From NCBI GenBank assembly GCA_040218735.1, contig JAVJQW010000033.1, positions 64,001 to 128,000 on the forward strand: DNA of 64,000 nucleotides, read 5' to 3'. The notes under the pieces are model-generated. The model saw only the letters and a list, made by a program, of their open reading frames with translations. It searched no databases and was not told the DNA's origin. The stretch is from Deltaproteobacteria bacterium. Its GTDB lineage: Bacteria; Myxococcota; Kuafuiibacteriia; Kuafuiibacteriales; Kuafuiibacteriaceae. The position numbers were made by a program, and so were the translations under genes. This document shows, piece after piece, positions 40,238 to 54,151 of the stretch; position 1 is the first letter of the stretch, and each line of letters starts with the position of its first letter.

Positions 40238-40241
<4 letters not shown>
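38361..40241 (+). CDS. TraB-like protein: beta-barrel + thrombospondin type-3 repeats + OmpA C-terminal domain
   Basis: Signal peptide ending AFAQ; barrel region; DxDGxxDxxDxCP and EDxDGFED repeats; OmpA IEGHTD...LSAARA...NRRVEF. Confidence 0.88.
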
Positions 40242-45139
<4,898 letters not shown>

Positions 45140-45153
45140 CGAGCCGGATCCTA

Positions 45154-45169
45154 GGGCACGGTCGTTGCT
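45154..45169 (+). promoter_or_regulatory. Sigma54-type -24/-12 promoter
   Basis: GGGCACG-GTCG-TTGCT, near consensus, just upstream of ATG 45184. Confidence 0.55.
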
Positions 45170-45183
45170 CCCCTTCGGCGCCG

Positions 45184-46191
45184 ATGCGCCGCTCCCTCTG
45201 CGCCGGTCTCTTGCTCCTCGGCGCCTGCGAAATCGAGTACGCCGACAAGGACGAGCCCGGATTCTCGCCGCCGATCTGTGGCGTCAACGCCTCCTGCGTC
45301 AGCTGCACCGACCCCAACGGCTGCGACCCGTCGCGCCTCGTGCTGTCGGGCGCCGACACGGCCGACGGCCTGTCCCTCATGCACTTCGCCCTCCCCACCG
45401 CGGTCGGGGGCCTGCAGACGATCGACGTCCAGACGTTCACCACGACGATTCCGCTGTACACGCACCTGTCGAGCGGAGGCGCGGCCGAGGTCGTCGACGT
45501 GGGTACCGACTACGTCGTCGTTCGGGGTGTCCGTCCGGGCCGCATCAACCTCATCGTGCGCAACGGGCTCGACGAGGGGCAGATCGAGCTGGAGGTCGAG
45601 CCGATCGAGCACATCGAGGCCGGCCTCGTCGACCCGACCAGCGGACTGCTCGGAGTCGGCCGTGAGCTCGCGTCGCGCGCGGTGGCTCCGGGCGGCGCGA
45701 CGCCGGTGCACGTCCGCCTCTTCGGGACGAGCGGACGTCGCGTGGTCGACGAGGGCGTCACCTCCGCGACGTCGAGCGTGACTTGGCCGCAGGACGCTCC
45801 GCTCCGCTGGGATACGGTGCTCGCCTCGGTGCGCGAGGCGAGCGAAGGTCCGCAGCTCCTCGTCGTGCTGACCTCCGACGGCCGTCTTTGGCCCAGCACC
45901 GTCGAGCCGGCGGGCGTCGATGAGATCCGCCTCGAACCATCGCAGGAGCGGCAGACCACTCGGGGGGAGCGCCTCGTCACGTTGTGTTTCTCCGCGCGCT
46001 GGCGAGGTCGTGTCGTCTCCGCGCCGAACTGGGGGTTCGAGGTCGCCGGGGAGACGCTGTTCCGGTTCGCCGGCGCCCCCATGCACTTCGGCCACATGAC
46101 CTGCGTGCCCACGCGCACCGCCTCGCTCGGTCCACGCAAGATGCGCGTGACCGCGGGTGGGCACGAACAGGTCGTGGACTTCGTCTACTGA
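45184..46191 (+). CDS. Hypothetical lipoprotein (Cys-rich N-terminus, Ig-like beta domains)
   Basis: Lipobox LLLGAC; CGVNASCVSC..C; beta-rich remainder. Confidence 0.75.
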   Translation: MRRSLCAGLLLLGACEIEYADKDEPGFSPPICGVNASCVSCTDPNGCDPSRLVLSGADTADGLSLMHFALPTAVGGLQTIDVQTFTTTIPLYTHLSSGGAAEVVDVGTDYVVVRGVRPGRINLIVRNGLDEGQIELEVEPIEHIEAGLVDPTSGLLGVGRELASRAVAPGGATPVHVRLFGTSGRRVVDEGVTSATSSVTWPQDAPLRWDTVLASVREASEGPQLLVVLTSDGRLWPSTVEPAGVDEIRLEPSQERQTTRGERLVTLCFSARWRGRVVSAPNWGFEVAGETLFRFAGAPMHFGHMTCVPTRTASLGPRKMRVTAGGHEQVVDFVY

Positions 46192-46197
46192 ATGGAA

Positions 46198-48255
46198 TCA
46201 GAACCAGACGCGGTAGCCGAGCTCCGCGCGGATCGTGGTGAGGTTACCCTCGAAGCGCGTCCCGCCGGGCGCCGACAACCCGTTGGCGCTCGCACCCAGG
46301 CCGTTGAGCGTCGCGCCGAGGAAGAGCGCGCCATCGCCGAGGCTGATGCCGCCCTCGACCGTCGCGCGGCCGCCGATACCGGTGTTGCTCCCGCCGCCGA
46401 GGTTCGAGCCGGACACCGAGACACCGCCGCGCTCGATGCGAACGGCGACGCCGGCACGCACGAGGAGCTCGAAGTTCTTCGAAGAGACCACCGCGAACCC
46501 GAAGTCGATCGGGAGCAGCAGCCCTGACACCGCGGTGCGGGTCTCGAGGCGCGACTCACCGACGACGAGTCGCCCGCTCGTGCTCCCGTAGACCAGCTCC
46601 AACCCGGCGCGCACCGCGAGGCGGTGGTCGAGGAGAGGCAGGCGCAGCTCGCCCATGAACCCGCCGCCGACCGTGAGGAGTGAGTCGAAGGAGCTGCCGA
46701 TGAGCGCCGCGCCGGACACACCGAACTTCGGCGACAGCCCCGCGCGCCGCCGCGTGCTCGGCAGCTCGACCTTCTTCTTCTCTTCCTTCGTTCGCAGCGC
46801 CGGCGGGGTGCCGGTCAGCTCGACCGACGTCGTCGCGCGCACCAACTCCAGCGCCTCCCCGGCGACCTTCGGCGCGGCCGGGAGCTCGGCGTACACCTCG
46901 ACGGTCGCGCCCGGAGCACCCGGCGTCCCCGGCGGTATCGACGCGCGGTAACGCCCCAGCCCCGTGCGCGTCGGCTCCAGAACGGCGCCGCCTTCGATGC
47001 GCACCTTCGGCACCGGGTGGTTCGTCAGGTTGCCGGAGGCGTCCTGCACCTCGATCGTGATCGCGCCACGTTCGTCGCGGTCGACCGCTGCGCGCTGGAC
47101 GTTCATGCGGCTCCCGAGCGCCGCGCCGAACTCGACTTCGCCGACCGCCTCCTCGTCCATCAGGATGCGCACCGACTTGGCCTCCGTCGGGCGCTCCAAC
47201 ACGAGCACCTTGGCCGTCGGCGAAACGTCGTCGGTCGCGACGAGCTTCGCGCCCTCCACTGCGATCTCCGGCCAGTAGGGGTCCCCGCCGAACGGCGCAG
47301 GCGGAATTGCGACGACGATCGACGGCCCGATACCCCCGTCCGCGACGTTCTGGCCGGGCAGGGCCATCGCGGTGCCGAGCGACACGAGCCCTGTGGGGAG
47401 GATGACGGAGAGCTCGCGGCGCTCGCCGTCGATCTCCTCGTACGCGCGGACGCGTTTGCCGTAGCGGACGATGACGTCCTCCATCACGGTGCGTCCGTCG
47501 GCGAGTGCGGTGACCGGCTCTTGTTCGATCTCCGCTCCCTCCACCGCGAGCTGCGAGCCGGGTTCGATCTCCACGCTCACCCGCACGGGCGCAAGCACAC
47601 TCACGCCAGCCTGCTCGAGCGCGTAACCGGTCGCCGACGACGCCGCGGCGAGGACGATGATGTGGCTCGGTGCGTCCGGCGGAAGGTCCGGCAACGCGAG
47701 GGTGGTCTGGACACTCAGCTGACGATCGCTCCCGTCCGCGAAGGCGGGCGCCAGCTCACCGGCGTCGGCGAAGAGCTCGAGGCGCTCGACGCTCTCGCCG
47801 CGGGTCGTGGCGGCGACGCCGACGTCGGTCGGCTTGGCGACGTTGATCGAGGCCGGCGAAGCCTGCAGCTCCAGGTCCGGCGCACGCGGCGGCGGGATGA
47901 GCAGCGTGAACGCCTCCGAGACCCGGTTGCCGTTCGACATCGTGAGCGAGATGTCGAGGATCTCGTCCACGGCCGCTCCGCGCGCGGGCGGCGTGTAGAA
48001 CATTTCGACCCGGCCGTCGCCGATTACGCGCACGCCCGTGACGCGCCCCTCGCTCGCCACGATGCGCGGGCGTTTCACCGTCGGTCCGCCGGGGCCGGAC
48101 AGCACCACGACGTGCAGCGGGATGCGCGATCGCCCGTCGGCGACGAGGTACCCCGCGCCGGGCCGCACCACGGAGAGCGTGGGCTGCTCGAGCTGCGCGG
48201 CGGCGACGGTCGGGAACGCGAGCGCCGCCGCGACGATGATCGCGGCGCGTCTCAC
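46198..48255 (-). CDS. Exported multi-Ig-like (invasin-like) protein with C-terminal beta-barrel
   Basis: GTG start overlaps the rng stop. Signal peptide ending AAA; ADG and ITIEVQDASGN Ig-like motifs; C-terminal strands ending AELGYRVWF. Confidence 0.72.
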   Translation of the reverse strand: MRRAAIIVAAALAFPTVAAAQLEQPTLSVVRPGAGYLVADGRSRIPLHVVVLSGPGGPTVKRPRIVASEGRVTGVRVIGDGRVEMFYTPPARGAAVDEILDISLTMSNGNRVSEAFTLLIPPPRAPDLELQASPASINVAKPTDVGVAATTRGESVERLELFADAGELAPAFADGSDRQLSVQTTLALPDLPPDAPSHIIVLAAASSATGYALEQAGVSVLAPVRVSVEIEPGSQLAVEGAEIEQEPVTALADGRTVMEDVIVRYGKRVRAYEEIDGERRELSVILPTGLVSLGTAMALPGQNVADGGIGPSIVVAIPPAPFGGDPYWPEIAVEGAKLVATDDVSPTAKVLVLERPTEAKSVRILMDEEAVGEVEFGAALGSRMNVQRAAVDRDERGAITIEVQDASGNLTNHPVPKVRIEGGAVLEPTRTGLGRYRASIPPGTPGAPGATVEVYAELPAAPKVAGEALELVRATTSVELTGTPPALRTKEEKKKVELPSTRRRAGLSPKFGVSGAALIGSSFDSLLTVGGGFMGELRLPLLDHRLAVRAGLELVYGSTSGRLVVGESRLETRTAVSGLLLPIDFGFAVVSSKNFELLVRAGVAVRIERGGVSVSGSNLGGGSNTGIGGRATVEGGISLGDGALFLGATLNGLGASANGLSAPGGTRFEGNLTTIRAELGYRVWF

Positions 48256-49769
48256 GGGATAGTGCTCGTCGTTCGCACCAGGACTTCGTACGACTCCTGA
48301 TGCAGGTCGCGGCGTGCCTCGACCACGATGTTTCGTCCCAGCTGTTCCTCGAGCTTCACGAGTCGCTTCGAAGTATCCTCCCAGAGGCGGGCCGCGACCT
48401 CGGGCATCGCGCTGACCAGGATCTGACCGTCGGGGTGGAGCTGCGCCTGTCGCTTGATCTCGCGCAGGATGTCCTGACACAGCGTCGCCTTCGAGCGGAT
48501 GCGCCCGCGACCGTCGCAGTAGGGGCAGGGCTCGGTGAGCGCCTTGCCGAGCGAGGGCCGCACACGTTTGCGCGTCATCTCGATCAACCCGAAGTCGCTC
48601 ATCGTCGACACGTGGGTCTTGGCGCGGTCCTTCTCGATCTCCTCTACGAAGCAGCTGAAGACCTTCTCGCGGCTCTCGGGGAGCTGCATGTCGATGAAGT
48701 CGACGATGATGATGCCGCCGAGGTTCCTCAGGCGGATCTGCGCGGCGATCGCCTTGGCCGCTTCGAGGTTCGTCTTGAGGAGCGTCGCTTCGAGGTCCTT
48801 CGACCCGACGAAGCTCGCGGTGTTCACGTCGATCGCGGTGAGCGCCTCCGCCTCGTCGACGACGATCGCGGCGCCGCTCGGCAGCGTGATCTCACGGAGC
48901 AGCGCGCGCTCGACCTCCACCTCGAGCCCGAAGCGATCGAAGATCGGCTCCGGCTCCTCGTAGATCTCCACCCGCTCCGACAGGTGGGGCGCCGACCGGT
49001 TCAGGAGGCGCTTGATACGCTCGCCCTGCTCGGCGCTGTCGACGACCAGCGCTTCGACGTCGTCGTTGAAGAGGTCGCGGGTCGCGCGCAGGACGAGGTC
49101 GAGGTCTGCGAGGAGGAGCGCCGGGACGGGCTGCGTACGTGCGGCCTCCTCGACCTCGCGCCACAGCGAGCGAACGAACTCCATGTCCTTCGCGATGGTG
49201 TCGCTGTCGAGGCCCTCGCAGACGGTGCGAACGATGAAGCCGCCGTCCTCCGGTTGCCGGAGGGATTCGACGAGCTCGCGGAGGCGCTTGCGCTCCGCGT
49301 CCTGCGTGATCTTCCGCGACACGCCGACCTTCTGGATCGTCGGCATGTACACCACGTAGCGCCCGGGGATGGTGACGTAGCCGGTGACACGCGCGCCCTT
49401 CGTGCCGAGGGGGGCCTTCGCGACCTGAACGACGATCTGCTGGCCTTCGCTCAGGAGCTTCTCGATCGGCGGGCGCTCGCGCGGCGGGGGGACGTCGACG
49501 CTGTTTTCGATGTCTTCCGCTGCGTCGCGGGCGAGGTCTTCCTCGGTGACGATGTCGTCCACGTAGAGGAACGCTGCGCGCCCGAGCCCGATCTCCACGA
49601 ACGCCGCCTGCATCCCGGGGAGCACGCGGGTGACCTTGCCGCGGTAGACGTTGCCGACGACGCCGAGGTGATGGTCGCGCTCGATGTAGATCTCTTCGAG
49701 CACGCCGTCCCTGAGGAACGCGACGCGGGCTTCGCCGGGGGCGCGGTTGATGACGATCCGTGCGGACAT
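48252..49769 (-). CDS. rng: Ribonuclease G (Rne/Rng family)
   Basis: GNVYRGKVTRVLPGMQAAFVEIG, AIDVNT, LRNLGGIIIVDFIDM, GLIEMTRKR, CPYCDGRG; 505 aa with no RNase E scaffold tail. Confidence 0.93.
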   Translation of the reverse strand: MSARIVINRAPGEARVAFLRDGVLEEIYIERDHHLGVVGNVYRGKVTRVLPGMQAAFVEIGLGRAAFLYVDDIVTEEDLARDAAEDIENSVDVPPPRERPPIEKLLSEGQQIVVQVAKAPLGTKGARVTGYVTIPGRYVVYMPTIQKVGVSRKITQDAERKRLRELVESLRQPEDGGFIVRTVCEGLDSDTIAKDMEFVRSLWREVEEAARTQPVPALLLADLDLVLRATRDLFNDDVEALVVDSAEQGERIKRLLNRSAPHLSERVEIYEEPEPIFDRFGLEVEVERALLREITLPSGAAIVVDEAEALTAIDVNTASFVGSKDLEATLLKTNLEAAKAIAAQIRLRNLGGIIIVDFIDMQLPESREKVFSCFVEEIEKDRAKTHVSTMSDFGLIEMTRKRVRPSLGKALTEPCPYCDGRGRIRSKATLCQDILREIKRQAQLHPDGQILVSAMPEVAARLWEDTSKRLVKLEEQLGRNIVVEARRDLHQESYEVLVRTTSTIP

Positions 49770-49816
49770 CCGCTCTCGGACCGGGACCCTAGCTCACATT
49801 TCGTGCTTCGTCGTCT

Positions 49817-50680
49817 TCACAGCCGAAACAGGGAGACCACGAGGTTCACGATGCCGTTCTCCAGCGAGAGCTCGCCGCGATCGTAGTAGTCGTACCGTCC
49901 GGCACCGGACCGCATGGCCTGTTGCTGGGCCATGGCGGCGTCGATGCGGGCCATGCGCTTCTTGGCCTCCAGATCCTCCAGCTCGCGGCGGCGGGATTCC
50001 TCCAGGCCCCCGCCTCGGATGAACTCCACGATGGCCGGGAGCTCGCCGGCGTCGAACCAGGCGCCGTGGGCCTTGCACAGGTCGATGATCACCCCGGACC
50101 GGCGCGCGTAGTTCTTCGGGGTCATGAGCTTTTCGCACTGGGGGCAGGGGATGTAGCCGTGCTGGGCGACGTCCTGGCTGGGCTTGGGCAGCTCGGCGAG
50201 GGAGAGCATCGCGGGGGCGGAGAGGGACTCGTTCTCCTGCATCCGCTCGAAAACGGTGTGGTCGAGCCACAGCCCGCCGCACTGGGTGCAGTGGTCGATC
50301 AGGACCTCCCCGGCCAGGAGGCTCTCCAGCTCGGAGGTCTTGCAGCGGGGGCAGGGCCACGACTCCTCGCGCTCCGACTTCAGGTGTCGGACCGCGGGCG
50401 CCTCGACGCGGACGCCGCAGTGCTGGCAGTGCCGCGCGCCGGCGAACATGCCGCCGAAGCAGCGCGGGCAGCGGACGACGGCGAGCGGGCTGTCGCAGTG
50501 GGCGCAGGCGCTCTGGGTGCTGTTCGTCGCCGCACCGCACTGGGGGCACTGCATGGTGTCGGCGGCTTCGGGTGGGTGGGGGAGGGTGAAGGTGACGCCG
50601 CAGCGGCAGCGGCCGCTGGTCCCCGGCGGGCGCCCCGAGACATCGTAGCGAGCGGAGCAGCCGGGGCAGTCGACGATCAT
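49817..50680 (-). CDS. Multi zinc-ribbon protein (double zinc ribbon plus two zf-TFIIB-like domains)
   Basis: About ten CxxC-type knuckles; IDHCTQCGGLWLD and IDLCKAHGAWFDAGEL. Confidence 0.8.
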   Translation of the reverse strand: MIVDCPGCSARYDVSGRPPGTSGRCRCGVTFTLPHPPEAADTMQCPQCGAATNSTQSACAHCDSPLAVVRCPRCFGGMFAGARHCQHCGVRVEAPAVRHLKSEREESWPCPRCKTSELESLLAGEVLIDHCTQCGGLWLDHTVFERMQENESLSAPAMLSLAELPKPSQDVAQHGYIPCPQCEKLMTPKNYARRSGVIIDLCKAHGAWFDAGELPAIVEFIRGGGLEESRRRELEDLEAKKRMARIDAAMAQQQAMRSGAGRYDYYDRGELSLENGIVNLVVSLFRL

Positions 50681-50806
50681 GGAGCGAATGATAGGGGCCG
50701 GGGGCGCCCGGTAAAACGTCGCGCGCGCGATCGAAACGTGCGCACCCCATGACGCGCTGTGCAGGGTTCTGTACAACCGAGGGGGGCGTCGGTTGGGGGA
50801 GGCTCC

Positions 50807-50822
50807 TGGCGCGGCCCCTGCA
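50807..50822 (+). promoter_or_regulatory. Sigma54-type -24/-12 promoter
   Basis: TGGCGCG-GCCC-CTGCA just upstream of ATG 50835. Confidence 0.5.
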
Positions 50823-50834
50823 AAAGGACTCGGC

Positions 50835-51356
50835 ATGACCTTCACGCTGCCCCTCCTCACGCTCTTGTCCGTCGCGGGCCCCGCGCCCGAGGAGGGGCCG
50901 CAAGAGCCGGTCGCGGTCGATGACGCGACGCGGCTCGCCTCGGGGCTCGAGCCGGGCGGCGAGGCGCCCGAGTGGGGCGACAGCCACGGGCTCTCGTTCT
51001 ACCTCGAGTCTGCGGCGGTCTACCTGACGGGCGTGAACGTGGAGTACCGCTACCGCTGGTTCGCGGCGCGCGCGAACGTCACCACCATCGTCGTCGGCCG
51101 GCCCCCCGTCCTCGTCGGCGGCTCGCTGTTCGGCCTCCTCTTCGAGGGCAACCACCACCTCGAGCTGGGCCTGAGCGTCGGCGTCTTCATCACCGACGAG
51201 AACATCGCGATGGTCGCGCCGTCGGTGGGCTACCGCTACCAGGCGCCCGACGGTGGCATCCTCGTGCGCGCCGGATTGTACGCCGCGAACGTCCCGTTCT
51301 TCGAGGAGCGCCGGTTCTTCCCCATCCCTCAGGCTTCGATCGGCTACGCGTTCTGA
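50835..51356 (+). CDS. Small exported outer-membrane beta-barrel-like protein
   Basis: Hydrophobic N-terminus; strands GVNVEYR, HHLELGL, VGYRYQ; ends ASIGYAF. Confidence 0.72.
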   Translation: MTFTLPLLTLLSVAGPAPEEGPQEPVAVDDATRLASGLEPGGEAPEWGDSHGLSFYLESAAVYLTGVNVEYRYRWFAARANVTTIVVGRPPVLVGGSLFGLLFEGNHHLELGLSVGVFITDENIAMVAPSVGYRYQAPDGGILVRAGLYAANVPFFEERRFFPIPQASIGYAF

Positions 51357-51395
51357 GCTGGTCTCGGGGCCCGGTGCGATTTTTCTCGCCGCCCG

Positions 51396-51422
51396 GGGAT
51401 CATTTCTCGACGACGCCGGTCT
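51396..51422 (+). promoter_or_regulatory. Putative ECF-sigma promoter, copy 1 (GGGATC-N16-GGTCT)
   Basis: GGGATCATTTCTCGACGACGCCGGTCT upstream of the ECF gene; same boxes and spacing as 54118..54144. Confidence 0.65.
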
Positions 51423-51443
51423 GTCTGGGCAACGGGGACGACC

Positions 51444-51989
51444 ATGGACCGGCGTCAGGCGATCGCGAAGGCCCGTAGGGGGCGACAGAAGGGCTTTTCG
51501 TGGCTCTTCACCGCCTACCGCGGGCGGATCTTCGCGTTTGTGCGCCGGACCTACGGGCTGGACGACGCACGCGCGAGTGACGTCCTGCAGAACACCTTCG
51601 TGCGCGCGTTCAACGCGCTCGACCAGCTCGAAGACCCGGACGCTTTCGAGCCGTGGCTCCTCAAGATTGCGCGCCGCGAAGCGCTCCGCGTGATCACCGC
51701 GGCGTCGGGCCGACGTGAGACGGCCGTCGAGATCGAGGTGGAGTGCACGCGGCAGGAAGAGCTCGCGGAGCAAGCCGAGCTCGAACGGCTGCGTCGCCTG
51801 ATCCGCGAGGTCGCCGACTCGATCGAGCCGCCCGAGATCCGCGAGACGGCGCTCGCCTACTACTTCGGCGAACGCAAGACGACGGAGGCGCTCGCCGCCG
51901 AGCTCGGCGTTCCACACCCCACGGTGCGCAAGCGGCTGCACTCGTTTCGCAACAAACTCAAACGACGCCTCGCGGAGGAGACGACATGA
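51444..51989 (+). CDS. ECF-type RNA polymerase sigma factor
   Basis: Region 2 ASDVLQNTFVRAF...FEPWLLKIARR; region 4 ALAAELGVPHPTVRKRLH; 181 aa. Confidence 0.9.
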   Translation: MDRRQAIAKARRGRQKGFSWLFTAYRGRIFAFVRRTYGLDDARASDVLQNTFVRAFNALDQLEDPDAFEPWLLKIARREALRVITAASGRRETAVEIEVECTRQEELAEQAELERLRRLIREVADSIEPPEIRETALAYYFGERKTTEALAAELGVPHPTVRKRLHSFRNKLKRRLAEETT

Positions 51990-52558
51990 ACGACCTCGAT
52001 CAGCGAATCGACCGCGCTTTGGAAGACGGCGAGACGGAGCGCGCCGCCGAGCTCCTCGCGGCGCAGCGGGCGCTCGCGGAGGATGTGACCCCGAACCTCG
52101 CGTTCGAGGACTTCGCCGGGCAGCTCCCTATCGAGCGCCGGCGCGCGTGGTGGTGGCCGGCCGCCGGGCTCCTCGCGGCTGCCGCAGCCGCGTTCCTCCT
52201 CGTGCCGCGCGGCGACGGTGTGAAGGGCCCAGGCGACGCGTGCACGCCGGTCGAGCTGCGCGTCGCGCACGAGGGCACGCAGCTCGCCCTGCACCCGACC
52301 GTGGACGATCGGTGCAGCTTCACCGTGCACGCGTTCGAGCTCGACGCCGCGCGCTGGCGGCCCGTCGGCGCAGGAGAAGCCGACGCGCTCCAGCTCGGGC
52401 CGGGGCGGTGGGTCCTCGTCGTGATCGCGTCGCGCGACGCGATCGAGCCCGAGCGCGCCGACGTCGTCGGGGTGCTCAACGCGGTCGGGCGGGGCGCCCC
52501 ACCCACGATTCGGGGCGAACCGGTGTTCGCGGACGTATACGATCTGGGGTCCCGTTGA
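51986..52558 (+). CDS. Single-pass putative anti-sigma factor (ActD/DUF4384-like)
   Basis: ATGA overlap with sigma. Short acidic cytoplasmic helix, TM WWWPAAGLLAAAAAAFLLV, GDGVKG motif, beta-rich outer domain with two Cys. Confidence 0.72.
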   Translation: MNDLDQRIDRALEDGETERAAELLAAQRALAEDVTPNLAFEDFAGQLPIERRRAWWWPAAGLLAAAAAAFLLVPRGDGVKGPGDACTPVELRVAHEGTQLALHPTVDDRCSFTVHAFELDAARWRPVGAGEADALQLGPGRWVLVVIASRDAIEPERADVVGVLNAVGRGAPPTIRGEPVFADVYDLGSR

Positions 52559-54108
52559 AGCTGCTCCTCGCGATGTTGCTGGCCGCCCAGGCGAGCCAGG
52601 GCAAGAAGATCGCGCTCGTCGCGGGCATCGACACGTTCGCGGACGACGCGTGGCCCGCGCTGCGCTACGCCGAGAAGGACGCTCGCGATGTCGCGACCGC
52701 GCTCGCCGACGACTTCGACGAGGTGCGAACGATCGACGGCATCGTCACACGCGGTCGGCTCGAAGCTGAGCTCGCCGACCTCGAAGCGACCAGCGACTAC
52801 GACACCGTCGTCGTCTACCTCTCTACCCACGGCACCCTCGCCTACGACGACGCCGGGCAGCTCGACCGCGTGCTCGTCCTGCACGACACGACGAAGAGCG
52901 ACCCGCGGCGGACGGGCCTCGCCTACGGCGCGCTCACCGCGAGGCTCGAACGCATCCGCGCGCGCCAGAAGCTCGTCATCCTCGCGGCGTGTCACTCCGG
53001 CGCCGGGAAGTCGAAGCTCGACCCCGGCTTGGCCGCCGAGCTGTCGACGCTCAAGGACGGGTTCTTCTCCGAGCCGCACCTCGTGACCGGTGAAGGTCAG
53101 ATCATCCTCGCCGCGAGTGCGTTCGGCGAGACCGCGCGCGAAGACGACAAGCTCGAGAACGACATCTACACGCACTTCTTCCTGAAGGCGCTCGACGACG
53201 CCTTCGACCTCGACGAGGACGGCGCGATCACCGCCCTCGAAGCGCACCACTACGCGCGCCGCGAGACGATCGCCTACACCGGCGGCAAACAACGGCCGAC
53301 GCTGACCGCCGAGGTCGTCGGTGTGGATCCGATCGTCCTGCGCGGCCGACGTGTCCGCCTCGGCCGCCCGATGATCGCCGGCTTCAGCGGCCCCTTCGTC
53401 GGCGCGCGCTTGGAGGTCGACGGGCGCGAGAAGGGCGTCTTGCCGGGGACGTTCGTCGTCGAAGATGGCGCGCGTCGTGTGCGGGTCTTCAGGCCGGGCG
53501 CCGCGGAGCCCATGTTCGACGAGCTCGTCGACGCTGACGCGGGCGCGGTGGTGGTGCTCGACGATCGCGTTCGTCGCGAGGCAACGCCGTGGCGCGTGTA
53601 CGCGGGGGGCGGCTACGCCGCGGTCCGAGGTGAAGTGGGCCGGCGACACCTCCCGGGGTACTTCGTGGTCGGCGCCGGCGCGCGGTACGCGCTCCAGGAG
53701 CGCGTCGGGGTCGGCGCGTCGGTCTACGGTACGCAGATGGGGCAGAACATCCGTTTGCTCTCCGGCGACGGCGTCGAGGTCACGGCCCCGCAGACGATCG
53801 GGCTCGTCCAGGTCAGCGCCGACGTCGCGGTTCAGTTCTACTCAGTGGAGTGGGCCGATGTCGCGGCTCGAGTCCACGCCGGGTGGATCGCAGGGCGTCG
53901 ACGCGTGGAGGTTTCGACGGTGTCCGATCCCGATCGGCTCGTCTCTCACCCGTTCTTCGGAGCGGCGATCGAGGGCACCGCGTGGCCGCACCCGATGTTC
54001 GGCGTTCGCGCCGAGATCGCCGTCGATCTGTCGCTCCCGCAGGTCGACGGCGAGTTGCGCCCGACGTTCGGCGATCGCTACGGTCTGGGGGCCGTCGCGC
54101 GGTTTTGA
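52555..54108 (+). CDS. Exported caspase-family (C14) protease + PEGA-like domain + C-terminal beta-barrel
   Basis: TTGA overlap. Signal peptide MKLLLAMLLAAQA; ALVAGID, LRYAEKDA, His in YLSTHG, Cys in LAACHSG, YTHF, QRP; GARLEVDG; strands ending GLGAVARF. Confidence 0.85.
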   Translation: MKLLLAMLLAAQASQGKKIALVAGIDTFADDAWPALRYAEKDARDVATALADDFDEVRTIDGIVTRGRLEAELADLEATSDYDTVVVYLSTHGTLAYDDAGQLDRVLVLHDTTKSDPRRTGLAYGALTARLERIRARQKLVILAACHSGAGKSKLDPGLAAELSTLKDGFFSEPHLVTGEGQIILAASAFGETAREDDKLENDIYTHFFLKALDDAFDLDEDGAITALEAHHYARRETIAYTGGKQRPTLTAEVVGVDPIVLRGRRVRLGRPMIAGFSGPFVGARLEVDGREKGVLPGTFVVEDGARRVRVFRPGAAEPMFDELVDADAGAVVVLDDRVRREATPWRVYAGGGYAAVRGEVGRRHLPGYFVVGAGARYALQERVGVGASVYGTQMGQNIRLLSGDGVEVTAPQTIGLVQVSADVAVQFYSVEWADVAARVHAGWIAGRRRVEVSTVSDPDRLVSHPFFGAAIEGTAWPHPMFGVRAEIAVDLSLPQVDGELRPTFGDRYGLGAVARF

Positions 54109-54117
54109 TCCGCGCGC

Positions 54118-54144
54118 GGGATCATTTTCGATGGAGCTGGGTCT
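54118..54144 (+). promoter_or_regulatory. Putative ECF-sigma promoter, copy 2, probably driving a leaderless mRNA
   Basis: GGGATCATTTTCGATGGAGCTGGGTCT; ATG 54152 follows after 7 nt with no Shine-Dalgarno. Confidence 0.65.
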
Positions 54145-54151
54145 TCAGGGC

